DNA of 64,000 nt from a virus (IMGVR_UViG_3300021431_000090:32001-96000), one strand, 5' to 3'; counted from the stretch's first letter, positions 1 through 11,222 are shown. Notes: generated by a model from the sequence alone, not told the origin. Made by a program: numbers and translations.

Positions 1-8
1 TTCGCTCT

Positions 9-3000
9 TTGCGTAACCGTAGGTTGATATATGTTGAGGATATAGGATTCTTTGTAATCACTAATGTTGAAGACGGATATGACTTAAGCATTGGTACTGA
101 CTATAAGGATATATCATGTGAATCTTGCGAAGAAGAGCTTCGCTCGAAGAATATACCTTATATCGATGACGGCACGTATAAGTTCTTTACTGGAGAAGAA
201 GGGAATCCTGGTATGCTTGAGAAGCTCGTACAGACAACTCCGCTTTGGTATATCGGAGAGGTCGATACGGAAGTTGCAAACAGATACAGGACTTTTGAGG
301 ATGTCGATTACACGGAAAACGTCCTCGGTTTTATGTTGGAAGATTTACAAAATGCGTATGAATGCATTTTTGTTTTTGATATCCAGAACAGAATCATAAA
401 TGTTTACGATCAAGCAAATTATGTCCATGAAACTGATATCCATCTTACGAGAGATGATCTGATTACGGGTATTAGCGTCACTGAGTCGTCTGATGATCTC
501 TATACCGCGCTTAGCGTCACTGGTGAGGACGAGCTTAGCATAAACGCAGTTAATCCAATCGGCACTAATGTAATCTATAATTTCGACTATTACCTTGACT
601 GGATGACGCCTTCGCTTAGCGCTAAGGTAAGAGAATGGCAGGAGCTTGTTGCGTCGTACAGCGAGCAATATTACAACTTGCAAATGGCAAGATATTCAGG
701 GCTTACTTCCCTATCGACGCTTAATGCAGAGCGAGATCAGCTGAATACTCAACTCACAATGTACAAGCGGTGCCGCGAGAATATGGTAGCAGAAGCTAGC
801 GACGAACAGATTGCAGAATATAACTCTGTTATTACTTCTGTCGGCGGCACGCCGATCCCTGAGGATCTTGGATATTTATGGATTATGTTTGGCGATGATG
901 CGTCTGGAACAAATATAACAACTAATCCATACGGCAAACGTTACATTGGCCTTGCTTGGGATAAAGGTACGAATGTTGCAAGCAATAACGCATCTGATTA
1001 TAGATGGTTCACGTTTAGAAGTGGAGAAAGCTTCCCAAGGCAGAAGGACGGAAAGACTCTTTATACATGGGTTGTATTCGCAGACTCTGTAACATCCGGG
1101 ATGTCAAATACGCCAGAAGACGTCGCTTCGTCTACGGCCAAACCGTATATAGGAATATCTGTAGATAATGATTCGTCGACGAAATCTTCCGTATATGACG
1201 ACTATACATGGTCTCTGACAAATGTCGGTGGCATCAGTGTAAGCGAAGCCCTTGGCACGATTGATGAACTGATTAAACAAACAGAGGCTGCCATCACGGC
1301 AAAAGACGCGGAGATAGCCGAGGGCGACGAGTACATGGATACAAGTGAAGCGAGTGTAATTAATATACATAACGCCGTCGCTATGCAGGGTTTCTTCACC
1401 GAGGAGGAGTTGGACGAACTTAGCAACTACATTGTTGAAGGTACATACTCTGACGATTATATTGGGATCACAGACAGCATGTCGTACAGTGAAGTATTTG
1501 AGCAGATGAAAACGTTATATGATCGTGCGGTTTCTCAGCTCAAGACTGTATCAGTTCCTACACAGCAATTCACAATTGATGTTGAGAACTTCATTTTCAT
1601 CAAAGAGTTTGAACGTTGGAGCGATCAACTCGAGACTGGATGTTTAATCAATGTAGAGTTATCCGAGGGCGATGTAGCGCAGTTATTCCTTACATCATTT
1701 GAGGTTAACTACGAAGACAAGAAACTGTCGATGACATTTGGCAACAGATATAATCGATTCGACTCTAAGGCACTGTTTGATAAGTTCCTTGGAAATATTT
1801 CTAGAACTCAAAACACTCTGTCTTATATTCGCAGCACAATCTATCCGATTAAGAATGGCGAATTTAACCAGATGAAAGAGGCTCTTGAAACGTCTAGGAC
1901 GCTAACTAAAAACGCGGTTTTATCATCCACGAACGAGCAGGTCATCATAGATGATACTGGTTACACAGGGCGCAAGCTTCTCCCTGACGGGTCGATTGAT
2001 CCGCACCAGATTAAGATTAATGGTAGAAATATCGTATTCACAGACGATGCATGGGAAACGTGCAAAACTGCAATTGGAGAAATAATTCTTGGCTCTGGCG
2101 AAGCAAAATATGGGATAAACGCCGAGATCGTTCTTGGCAATTTAATATACGGTAACGAGCTTCATATTATCGATAAAGATGGTAAGGATATGTTTCAGGT
2201 TACCGAAGATAAGATAATGTTGAGTATTGGCGATATCTATGCAGAGAAAGCAGATACTATTTCCGGCGTTGAAGTGATGTATTGTAGAGCTTCGTCAAGC
2301 ACAGCATGTAATATTAGCACAATGACCACACCGTGGAGTGTCACAGCACCAGAATGGGTCGACGGTGAGTATATATGGCAAAAGACTGTTACAACATATG
2401 ACGACGGGCACACAAGCGAGTCTGCTGCGACTTGTTTAAGTGGGTCTCGCGGTCAAGCTGGTCGCGGTATTTTGTCGACTGTTATTAGATATGCAAAGTC
2501 GTCTGATGGTGTTAACCACCCAACCAATGAAAGTGACTGGTACGCAGACATACCAGATTATGCTCAAGGTGAGTATGTATGGACTCGAACTGTAATGACT
2601 TATACTGATAATTCGACATCAACCTCATACTCTGTAAGCAGAAATGGTGTGAATGGCGACCATAATGCTGTTGTGTATCTGTATAAAAGATCTGGCACAC
2701 AAGCAACAATAGATTGGACGAACCCAATTGTATATGACTTTCAGCTGCACACATTATCGCCTATACCAAGTGGCTGGAGCACGACTGTTCCGGCGGGGGT
2801 AGAAGCGCTGTATGTTACTGCTGCTACTGCGAGTTCTAAAACACAGACCGATACAATAGCGTACACAGAATGGTCTACACCGAATGCACTTGCGCAGAGT
2901 GGTGTAAATACTGCTGCTGTATTTCTATACAAACGAGCAGATAGTGCGTCTGATATACAACAGCCAACATCATCACTCACATATACATTCGCAGATGGGT

Positions 3001-6000
3001 CGCTCGACTTATCTCCTCTGAGTATTACTGGGCATACAGTTGAGGCACCTGACGACAATCTGGTTGATAATTTATTCTTCACCGTAGGAGAAGTACTTAG
3101 ATTGACGTCTAGTGTGACGGGGACTGGATATACATACCAATGGTATTATAAGACACCGAACAGTTCATCATTCTCACCTGCGTCAGATACGTCTGCTAAA
3201 ACGCAAACATACTCGATTACAACGCAGTCTTATCATGACGGATATCAGTTCTACTGTTCGGTAACAGACACATATGGAAATGTAACAAACACTAAAGTTG
3301 TAAGAATTAACGCTGGGAAATGGTCGCAAAACATTCCAGCATCTGATGGCACACCTTGTTATGTAATTCAAGCTACTGCTATAAGTATTAATTCTACTGA
3401 CGCAATTGAATATACCGAGTGGAGTACTGCAACTAAACTTGTAGATGATGGTATTGGGATAAGCGGCACCGCAATAACATATGCTACTTCAACAAACGGT
3501 GCAACACCTCCTCAAGCTGCGTCTTCATGGTCTGGTACGTTCCCTGGTGAGCTCGAAGAGGGAGAATATCTTTGGACGAAAACAGTTACGACATACACGG
3601 ATGGAACAGATTCAACTGTTTATTCTGTTAGTCGTAATGGTGTAATCGGTCATGACGGCAGAGGAATAACTCATGTATCTAACAGATACGCAACGTCTAC
3701 AGATAGCTCAACAGCACCGTCTGTTTGGGTTGACACGCCGCCTAATCTTACGCCAACTAATAAGTACTTGTGGAATTATGAAATCATAACATACACAGAT
3801 AATACAACAGACGAGACGGAACGTCGTATTATTGGCGTGTATGGCGATCAGGGAGCAACCGGAAATGGCATAGACACAATTACAGAATACTATCTTGCAT
3901 CCCCGCTAGATAGTGGTGTTACGGTTGCTACAGCAGGATGGACAACTACCGTACAACAAGTAACCGGCGTAAATAAGTATTTATGGAATTATGAGGTTGT
4001 GACGTATACAAACGGAAATTCGTTTACTGGCACGCCTGCGATTATAGGAATGTTCAGTAATGGTATCACATCAACCTCTGTACAATATGCTGCATCGAAT
4101 AGTGGGACATCCGTCCCGTCGTCTGGATGGCAAAGTTCTGTCCCTAGCGTTTCTTCTGGTGAATATCTATGGACTCGCTCTACCACTACATATACTTACG
4201 GAGAGCCGAGTATTTCGTATTCTGTCAGTAGAAATGCCGTAAATGGCAATCACACGGCGGTTGTCTATCTGTATAAAAGATCAACGAGTCAAGTGTCTAT
4301 AGATTGGACTACCGAGCTAACTTATAGCTTTCAGACTAATAAGCTAACATCAACACCGACCGGATGGTCGGAGTCAGTCCCGTCAAATAGTACTGACCCG
4401 ATTTATATGACGGCAGCAACTGCAAGCTCAAATACAGACACAGACACAATAGCTTATACAGAATTCGCTGTGCCTGTGTTAATAGCACAAAATGGTTCAA
4501 ACGGTTCAAACGGTTCAAACGGTGTAAATTCTGCTACAATCTTCTTATATCAGAGATCGTCCAACCCGACAACACTTACAAAACCTTCTGGTAATCTCAC
4601 GTACACTTTTTCGACTGGCACACTAGAAGGATCTCTCGGTGGATGGGCGCAAGTAATCCCTGATACGGATGGCACCCCTTGTTATGTTATTCAGGCAACA
4701 GCCGTAAACTCAGAGGCAACAGATATTATACTCCCGTCTGAATGGAGTGATATTCGTGCGCTTGTAGCTGATGGTGACGGTGTTGGGATTGAAAGCTCTG
4801 CGATTGCATATGCGACGTCAAATGATGGTGCTAACCCACCGACAGATGACTGGTCTGATATTATACCATCTGATGTAGGTGATAAGAAGTTCATGTGGAC
4901 TCGTACCACTACCAACTATACTGACGGGACACAAACAGTTGCTTACTCCGTGAGTTCTAGCGGTGTTGGTATCTCTGAAATTATTACAGAATACTATCTA
5001 TCCACGTCGAATGTTGAACTTATTGCTGGCGAATGGTCAGACACTCCGCCGTCATGGACGAGTGGAACATATATATGGACTCGCAGTCATCTATATTGGG
5101 ATAACGGCGACGAAAGCACCACGACGCCAGTATTGGATAATTCGTTGAATCAGCTTAACGCAGATGTCTATGATTGTCAGACAGATATAGAAGTAAACAA
5201 ACAAGGTATCCAGCAGAATACACAGTACTATCAGGAGCTGTATGGGCAGGTTGCGAAAATCAATGCCTATATTCAGACTGGTGTTATTGGCGTAGATGAA
5301 ACTGGTAAATCTTCTTTTGGCGTAAAGATCGGCGAAAATCTTTCGACGGTAAATGCATATATTATTAATGGATCTGTGGCCTTTTCCGAAGGATGGCTGT
5401 CTTCTACGGATGGCGGTGTCCCGCTCTCCCCTGACGAATCTGTGCTCTATCAGGTTCAAACACCTGGTTCTTACTTCGGGAAGACATACAGATGGAATGG
5501 CTCAACATATTCAGAGGCAGAGTCAGAAGGTACGCTTTCTTCGATCTTCACGTCGAGCGAACTTGGATTTTATGATACTGGCGAAAAGACAGCATATTTC
5601 TCGAATAAGAATCTGAACGTCACGACAGTAAGAACCACACGTATTCTTCTAAGCCGAGATGTAATCTCGGATGTTTCTTCTAACAACTGGCAGATTGGCA
5701 TAGATAATGGGTTCTACCTGAAATGGGTTGGCGCAGCAGATGGTGGTAGCGGCGACGATACAGAAGAGGATACTGCATCTACATTCACTGCTACATCGCC
5801 TGTCACTAATAACACCGACGCTTGCACGATTACGATCACGAGAGCTAAGAATACATATATTCACTCTCTGCAGTATTCGACTGATGGGTCTAACTGGACG
5901 ACTATCACAGCATCGACTACAGGCGAAAGTGCAATTTCGTGGACTCCAAATCTCACCTTCACTGGTAGCGACACGAGTATTTCTTGTACTGTACGGTGCA

Positions 6001-7250
6001 TAACATATAAAGGCAGTGTCGCCGCAAGCAATCTTGTTGGCAGTTATGACAGAATTGTTGTTGTCAATAAAGAAAGTTCTGTCGTAGCCCCGACAATAAC
6101 GTCTCACCCGAGTAATGTTACAACGGCGCCCGGCACGACTGTAACATATGGTGTTATAGCTAATGGTAGCGATCTTACATACAATTGGCAATTCGAATTA
6201 AGTAATGTCAGTGGGTACGTTAATATGAGCGGGTACACAAGTGTCTACACCGACTGCTATTCTGGGTATGATACAGCGACTTTGACGATAACAGACACGA
6301 CATATTTCAATGGCGTTAACTTCAGATGCGTTGTGACTAACAGCGCCGGTTCTGTAATAAGTAATTCTGCTTCACTAACGATTCAGGAAACAGTAACAGC
6401 CCCAACAATTACGTCGCATCCGTCAGACACAACGGTTGATGAGGATGTCGACGCTTTATTCTCAGTTGCAGCGACTGGCACTAATCTCAGCTATCAGTGG
6501 CAATCTGCAAGCAGTAGTTCGGGGACATTCTCAAATGTTACGAATCTTACTGGGTATAACACTGCAAATCTGACAGTCCCAGGGACATCGACATATAATG
6601 GAATGGCATTTAGGTGTGTTGTAACGAATAGCGCTGGCAGCGCGACAAGCAACGCTGCTACTCTGACTGTACAAATAAATATGGCGCCTGTTATAACGAC
6701 GCAACCAACATCCACTCAAATAAACACAAACGGTGGTAGTGCGACATTTTCCGTGACTGCATCAGGTGAAGATTTATCGTATACATGGTATTCGAGAGCA
6801 GGGTCCCAATTTGCTTGGGGTGAGATGGGCGCTCCATATACAACAGCTACTATCCAATTGTCTGATTCGAGGTATTATGACCGTGACTTTTATTGTAAGG
6901 TGTGGAACGAATACGGCTCCGTTGATAGCGATATTGTAACATTAACGTCTATCGATACACCATATATCACATCTCAACCGACAAGGTCTGGGAACAACTA
7001 TAGTATTTCGGCAAATGGTGTACTTTATTATCGGTGGGAATATAGCAGCAACGGCGGAACTACTTTTGAATACATGGGGAACGCAACGGCGGTCGAGAAA
7101 AGTAATTTTGTAAATTATAGTTCAGCAACTGTTACGGTGAGAAATGGCATATTCAATTACTATTCTACTGTCTATATACGCTGTCGGCTCATTAATAATT
7201 CTGGGGAGACGTATAGTGATCCGATACAGGTTGTTAACACAGGCAGCTAA
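9..7250 (+). CDS. Large tail/adhesin (host-specificity) protein with repeated modules and several Ig-like domains; 5'-truncated by the window
   Basis: 2413-aa ORF, frame open to the window edge. Repeated 'YLWTRTxxTYTD' and GxxG-linked modules typical of siphophage antireceptors. Ig-like repeats 'APTITSHP...LxYQW...FRCVVTNSAGS'. Confidence 0.85.
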   Translation: MRNRRLIYVEDIGFFVITNVEDGYDLSIGTDYKDISCESCEEELRSKNIPYIDDGTYKFFTGEEGNPGMLEKLVQTTPLWYIGEVDTEVANRYRTFEDVDYTENVLGFMLEDLQNAYECIFVFDIQNRIINVYDQANYVHETDIHLTRDDLITGISVTESSDDLYTALSVTGEDELSINAVNPIGTNVIYNFDYYLDWMTPSLSAKVREWQELVASYSEQYYNLQMARYSGLTSLSTLNAERDQLNTQLTMYKRCRENMVAEASDEQIAEYNSVITSVGGTPIPEDLGYLWIMFGDDASGTNITTNPYGKRYIGLAWDKGTNVASNNASDYRWFTFRSGESFPRQKDGKTLYTWVVFADSVTSGMSNTPEDVASSTAKPYIGISVDNDSSTKSSVYDDYTWSLTNVGGISVSEALGTIDELIKQTEAAITAKDAEIAEGDEYMDTSEASVINIHNAVAMQGFFTEEELDELSNYIVEGTYSDDYIGITDSMSYSEVFEQMKTLYDRAVSQLKTVSVPTQQFTIDVENFIFIKEFERWSDQLETGCLINVELSEGDVAQLFLTSFEVNYEDKKLSMTFGNRYNRFDSKALFDKFLGNISRTQNTLSYIRSTIYPIKNGEFNQMKEALETSRTLTKNAVLSSTNEQVIIDDTGYTGRKLLPDGSIDPHQIKINGRNIVFTDDAWETCKTAIGEIILGSGEAKYGINAEIVLGNLIYGNELHIIDKDGKDMFQVTEDKIMLSIGDIYAEKADTISGVEVMYCRASSSTACNISTMTTPWSVTAPEWVDGEYIWQKTVTTYDDGHTSESAATCLSGSRGQAGRGILSTVIRYAKSSDGVNHPTNESDWYADIPDYAQGEYVWTRTVMTYTDNSTSTSYSVSRNGVNGDHNAVVYLYKRSGTQATIDWTNPIVYDFQLHTLSPIPSGWSTTVPAGVEALYVTAATASSKTQTDTIAYTEWSTPNALAQSGVNTAAVFLYKRADSASDIQQPTSSLTYTFADGSLDLSPLSITGHTVEAPDDNLVDNLFFTVGEVLRLTSSVTGTGYTYQWYYKTPNSSSFSPASDTSAKTQTYSITTQSYHDGYQFYCSVTDTYGNVTNTKVVRINAGKWSQNIPASDGTPCYVIQATAISINSTDAIEYTEWSTATKLVDDGIGISGTAITYATSTNGATPPQAASSWSGTFPGELEEGEYLWTKTVTTYTDGTDSTVYSVSRNGVIGHDGRGITHVSNRYATSTDSSTAPSVWVDTPPNLTPTNKYLWNYEIITYTDNTTDETERRIIGVYGDQGATGNGIDTITEYYLASPLDSGVTVATAGWTTTVQQVTGVNKYLWNYEVVTYTNGNSFTGTPAIIGMFSNGITSTSVQYAASNSGTSVPSSGWQSSVPSVSSGEYLWTRSTTTYTYGEPSISYSVSRNAVNGNHTAVVYLYKRSTSQVSIDWTTELTYSFQTNKLTSTPTGWSESVPSNSTDPIYMTAATASSNTDTDTIAYTEFAVPVLIAQNGSNGSNGSNGVNSATIFLYQRSSNPTTLTKPSGNLTYTFSTGTLEGSLGGWAQVIPDTDGTPCYVIQATAVNSEATDIILPSEWSDIRALVADGDGVGIESSAIAYATSNDGANPPTDDWSDIIPSDVGDKKFMWTRTTTNYTDGTQTVAYSVSSSGVGISEIITEYYLSTSNVELIAGEWSDTPPSWTSGTYIWTRSHLYWDNGDESTTTPVLDNSLNQLNADVYDCQTDIEVNKQGIQQNTQYYQELYGQVAKINAYIQTGVIGVDETGKSSFGVKIGENLSTVNAYIINGSVAFSEGWLSSTDGGVPLSPDESVLYQVQTPGSYFGKTYRWNGSTYSEAESEGTLSSIFTSSELGFYDTGEKTAYFSNKNLNVTTVRTTRILLSRDVISDVSSNNWQIGIDNGFYLKWVGAADGGSGDDTEEDTASTFTATSPVTNNTDACTITITRAKNTYIHSLQYSTDGSNWTTITASTTGESAISWTPNLTFTGSDTSISCTVRCITYKGSVAASNLVGSYDRIVVVNKESSVVAPTITSHPSNVTTAPGTTVTYGVIANGSDLTYNWQFELSNVSGYVNMSGYTSVYTDCYSGYDTATLTITDTTYFNGVNFRCVVTNSAGSVISNSASLTIQETVTAPTITSHPSDTTVDEDVDALFSVAATGTNLSYQWQSASSSSGTFSNVTNLTGYNTANLTVPGTSTYNGMAFRCVVTNSAGSATSNAATLTVQINMAPVITTQPTSTQINTNGGSATFSVTASGEDLSYTWYSRAGSQFAWGEMGAPYTTATIQLSDSRYYDRDFYCKVWNEYGSVDSDIVTLTSIDTPYITSQPTRSGNNYSISANGVLYYRWEYSSNGGTTFEYMGNATAVEKSNFVNYSSATVTVRNGIFNYYSTVYIRCRLINNSGETYSDPIQVVNTGS

Positions 7251-7271
7251 TGAATTAAAGGAGGTGAGTTA

Positions 7272-8867
7272 GTGGCAACATATACTGGAGTAAGAGATAT
7301 AACTGTAAGTAATGCTACTTTAAGATTTAATTATCGTGAAGTTGTAAATGAATCAGCTGGCACATCTACTGTTACTATAACCTCTGTACAGGCGAAAGTA
7401 CCAGTATCCGGTACGTTGACTCCGTGGGGGTATGTATCATTCAATGACGATGTATACGTAGAATTTGGCGAGAACGCAAGGACTTCTTGCACTGCTGGTA
7501 CATACACGACATTGTACTATTCTGGAACTATGTCTGGAACATTTACAAATAATGGAGTTAATTCAACTGCTGGGATACAGCTAATAGCCGGTCCGACAAT
7601 TTCTGCATTTAGGTTCTTACTTGAGACTAGTACATCACAGCAGGTGTACGATTTTAGCCCTGGTGTTTATTATATTTCTCTTACGAATTACACGACTGAT
7701 AGTTATTCTACTCTGTCAGCACCTACTGGCGTAGTACTTGGAGAAGACATCACAGCAACGATTACAGTAAAGAATACGTCGTATACGCATACACTACAAT
7801 ATAGTTGGGATAATGCGTCGTGGACTAATATTGTAACTGGGCTAAGAACAAGTGGTAGCAGCACACAGATCGTATATGCGTGGGATACCGACAACGTAGC
7901 TTCTTATTTTGAGCGAACAACTGGCGCGACCTGTTATATTAGATGTCTATCATATAACGGTAATTCTTATATTGGTTCTGCTCAGGTATCTGTGGTGATC
8001 TCGTCTTCTGGTAATCCGGTAATATCAGATATTGTTATAACACCTGTTAATGACGACCAGACTGTCAACAGCTGGAATAACGGGGATATATTTGTTCAGG
8101 GTTATACCAGAGTGCAGATCCAACCGCAATTTACTTTGGCTGCTGGTGCAACATTGGCTGCTTGCAAGATATACATCAGCGGCATGCAGGTCGCCGAATA
8201 CGGTTCTGAAGCATCAAGCTTTGTGTACACATCTTCGTCACCCATGACCGATTACGGTACAGTTGAAATTAGTGCACTCATTCTCGACTCAAGAAACAAC
8301 TCGACAACTGCCAGAAAGTCTATCTCGATATACGCATATTCTAGACCGTATGTTACAGATCAAGAGGTGTTCAGGAGCGGTAATGACGCAAGCACAAAAG
8401 ATGATGAAGGTTTGTATATAAGCGCAAAGGGCTCTGTAAAGTACAGCTATGTTGGCGGTTATAACACACCTGGGCTGAAGGTCAGATACAAAGAGCCAGG
8501 TGGAACTTGGTCTACTGCTGTAGACTTTGGCTCCGGGACATCTACGTATACGCACATCAATTCGAGTCTGTGTAGTATCGATAAGACGTATATTGTACAG
8601 TTTCTTGCGTACGATAGTCTTCATACTCTAGAAACAGACCCGTCAACATACGAAGTAACACTTGCCACTAATGCCGTTCTTATACATGCCGCAGACGGAG
8701 GCAAAGGAATCGCATTCGGTGGATATAACAATATCGAGGCGATTCAGAATTGGTTAGACACGTATCTCTATGGGAAACTTATACTTCCATCTGGCATGTA
8801 CAACACGACTGAACCGTCTACAACGGGCGCTGTCGTTGGACAGATTTACTTCCAGCTTATTGACTAG
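7272..8867 (+). CDS. Minor tail/baseplate structural protein
   Basis: Ser/Thr-rich beta protein with a C-terminal 'GKGIAFGG' motif seen in siphophage tail proteins. SD GGAGGTG, GTG start, tail-module context. Confidence 0.65.
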   Translation: MATYTGVRDITVSNATLRFNYREVVNESAGTSTVTITSVQAKVPVSGTLTPWGYVSFNDDVYVEFGENARTSCTAGTYTTLYYSGTMSGTFTNNGVNSTAGIQLIAGPTISAFRFLLETSTSQQVYDFSPGVYYISLTNYTTDSYSTLSAPTGVVLGEDITATITVKNTSYTHTLQYSWDNASWTNIVTGLRTSGSSTQIVYAWDTDNVASYFERTTGATCYIRCLSYNGNSYIGSAQVSVVISSSGNPVISDIVITPVNDDQTVNSWNNGDIFVQGYTRVQIQPQFTLAAGATLAACKIYISGMQVAEYGSEASSFVYTSSSPMTDYGTVEISALILDSRNNSTTARKSISIYAYSRPYVTDQEVFRSGNDASTKDDEGLYISAKGSVKYSYVGGYNTPGLKVRYKEPGGTWSTAVDFGSGTSTYTHINSSLCSIDKTYIVQFLAYDSLHTLETDPSTYEVTLATNAVLIHAADGGKGIAFGGYNNIEAIQNWLDTYLYGKLILPSGMYNTTEPSTTGAVVGQIYFQLID

Positions 8868-8878
8868 GCGGTGGTGTT

Positions 8879-10168
8879 GTGGCAGAAACTAGATCTTTTT
8901 CATTTGCTGGGTTCAACGCCGGAGCATACGCTGGGCTACAGACCGTGTACTGGACTGTTTCGTGGAATCTTGGATCTACAGAGTTTACAGTTACGGGGCA
9001 TGATTCTGGTTCACCAGCTGATCTAAGTGTCGGTAAGTGGCAAGTATATATCTTCTGGGATAACTTTAATACTGCTGTTACATCTGGCAGACAGGGTAGA
9101 GATTACGATTATTATGAGTTCGGCCCTGGTGAAGGACAAACATCATATGGGCATATGTTCTATTTATCGCGAGTCCCAACAGATACAACGACAATTGGTG
9201 TACGAATTTATCCAACCGCATCATATATAGCGACTGGCTATACACATACTCAAGACGGAACAGCGCTCGTAAGCGAAAGCTCTTTACGTGGATCATGGAA
9301 CCCGGCTTTTACTGTAACAGTATATGATGCGAAGAAGGTTCAAACGAATCTTTTCCGAGACGAGACTGGTGCAATTCAGACAAACTCATGGAGTCAACAT
9401 GTTGTCGAAATGCACACCAGTTGGCGTTCTGATGATTTGAGATACCCTAGTCAGCACCCGCATAATGGCTATACGTACAATTCACAAACTGGTTATACAA
9501 GCGTAAACAACATAACGAAGAATACTATCCTTTATAACATATACTTCCCTAATACATACACAGCAACATACGTTGCGAATTCTGATGTGGACACTGTGTA
9601 TAACATTCCTTCAAGTGGTACGGTCGAATTTGAGAGTATTATCCCGCCAGACGATGATGATGTTAAACCAACAAAGGTGTATGTTGTGACTCTTGATCCG
9701 AAAGGCGGTTATGTAACTGACACATTTCTCCGATCGGAAGTGCCTTTCAATTATTGGCAGGCAACGATCAACGGAGTGATAACGCAGGTACAAGGTGGCT
9801 CATCCTATGTTTGGACTCAGAACGTAACATTCACAGCGCAATGGGGGTCAGTACCAGCGGTCAACTTGCCTGTGCCAAAACGTGCCGGTTATAAGTTCGC
9901 TGGATGGGGCTGGGAAGATGGCCTATCCCCGGATACATCATACAAGTATCCAGCTGGCGATCTTGTGCCGCAAGGCAATATAACCCTGTACGCGCTATGG
10001 GAAGAAAGTGGAATTGTCCACATCTATAGTGATGGTCAATTCAAGGCATATGCTGTCTGGATATATCTTGGTGATGGGGGTGGCCCGAATCAAGATGGGT
10101 GGCATCATGCTACACCTATGATTTACTGCACTATAAACGGGACAACAGGATTTCATATGTGTGGATAG
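8879..10168 (+). CDS. Virion structural protein with InlB B-repeat/Flg_new-like domain
   Basis: 'VTLDPKGG...LPVPKRAGYKFAGW...ITLYALW' resembles the B-repeat consensus. Confidence 0.6.
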   Translation: MAETRSFSFAGFNAGAYAGLQTVYWTVSWNLGSTEFTVTGHDSGSPADLSVGKWQVYIFWDNFNTAVTSGRQGRDYDYYEFGPGEGQTSYGHMFYLSRVPTDTTTIGVRIYPTASYIATGYTHTQDGTALVSESSLRGSWNPAFTVTVYDAKKVQTNLFRDETGAIQTNSWSQHVVEMHTSWRSDDLRYPSQHPHNGYTYNSQTGYTSVNNITKNTILYNIYFPNTYTATYVANSDVDTVYNIPSSGTVEFESIIPPDDDDVKPTKVYVVTLDPKGGYVTDTFLRSEVPFNYWQATINGVITQVQGGSSYVWTQNVTFTAQWGSVPAVNLPVPKRAGYKFAGWGWEDGLSPDTSYKYPAGDLVPQGNITLYALWEESGIVHIYSDGQFKAYAVWIYLGDGGGPNQDGWHHATPMIYCTINGTTGFHMCG

Positions 10169-10278
10169 TAGTTGATTTATATTAATGGCCAAGAAACTGC
10201 GGCAGCTCAGTTGTTCGAGACGCGGGGTAACTCCTGCGACTCGTCGTTTATAACTGCCAACATGTTATATCATTAAAC

Positions 10279-10305
10279 AACCCGCTCCGTAATAGAGCGG
10301 GTTTT
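10279..10305 (+). terminator. Rho-independent terminator
   Basis: AACCCGCTC-N7-GAGCGGGTT followed by Ts. Confidence 0.65.
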
Positions 10306-10330
10306 ACTATATCGAAAATGGGGTGAGAAA

Positions 10331-11041
10331 TTGAATTACACACGCCAAATTAAACTTGATGTAAATGCGACGTCCGCTGTTACAGTCGTCAAGGCAAAAG
10401 AGGGTGATGACTCTCTTCGATATATAAATGTTGTTCTTATGAAGGATGGCGTACAGACTCCTCCAGACAATGGTTCAACAGCTATCTTTAGGCTTGAGAA
10501 GCCGGACGGCCACGCCGTAGTAAATAACGCAACAATCGAAAGCGACGGTACTGTTACCATCCAGCTTACAGCTCAGTGTACAGCTTGTGTTGGAAGGTGC
10601 AAAGCGGACGTTCTTATTATGGATGGTGGAGAAACAATTAGTTCTGCCGTATTTGTGCTTGAGGTTGTGAAGTCTCCAGACGTATCCAATCAGGTAAATT
10701 CTAGCGACGAGTTCACGGCGCTTACTGAAGCCATAGAACGGGCAGAGAGCGTTGTTGATATAGGAGAGACAAAGGCATTTGAGATCACACTTGGCACATC
10801 GTGGTCTGGGTCGTCTAGCCCGTATTCGCAGGTAATAACATTACCAGGCTACTCCCCTTCTGCGAACACCAGAGTTGATTTAACTTGTGACGCTGCAAAT
10901 ATCAACAAGATGATTGTGGACGGCGTAGACCGTATTTATGTAGTTAATAACAATGGGGTACTGACTGCATACGCTACAAATAACAAGCCGACTCAGAGCA
11001 TTACGGTGCAGGCAGTCGCATCAGAACAATACATTATGTAA
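10331..11041 (+). CDS. BppU-family baseplate upper protein
   Basis: N-terminal 'VKAKEGDDSLRYINVVL...EKPDG...TIQLTAQC' resembles BppU_N. Confidence 0.75.
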   Translation: MNYTRQIKLDVNATSAVTVVKAKEGDDSLRYINVVLMKDGVQTPPDNGSTAIFRLEKPDGHAVVNNATIESDGTVTIQLTAQCTACVGRCKADVLIMDGGETISSAVFVLEVVKSPDVSNQVNSSDEFTALTEAIERAESVVDIGETKAFEITLGTSWSGSSSPYSQVITLPGYSPSANTRVDLTCDAANINKMIVDGVDRIYVVNNNGVLTAYATNNKPTQSITVQAVASEQYIM

Positions 11042-11054
11042 GGGGGTACCAATA

Positions 11055-11222
11055 ATGGCAATAACTCATGTAACTAGTCCTGGTCAGACGAACCCTTATT
11101 TTGGAAAATCTTCGGACACGAAGCCTGTCGAGAACGTCCCAAACGCAAGTGTGTTCTATGAGATGGACACAGGCGACGTTTATATGTTTGACGACGAAAC
11201 AAAGACATGGCTGAAACAGTAA
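11055..11222 (+). CDS. Small tail-module protein (55 aa)
   Basis: ORF read by hand (MAITHVTSPG...GKSSDTKP...YEMDTGDVYMFDDETKTWLKQ) with SD AGGGGG; not in the ORF track. Confidence 0.7.
   Translation: MAITHVTSPGQTNPYFGKSSDTKPVENVPNASVFYEMDTGDVYMFDDETKTWLKQ

Noticed and set aside
4490-4523. 9-bp tandem repeat (AAYGGTTCA)x3
   Set aside because: It encodes an in-frame NGS linker typical of these tail proteins; there is no evidence of phase variation.
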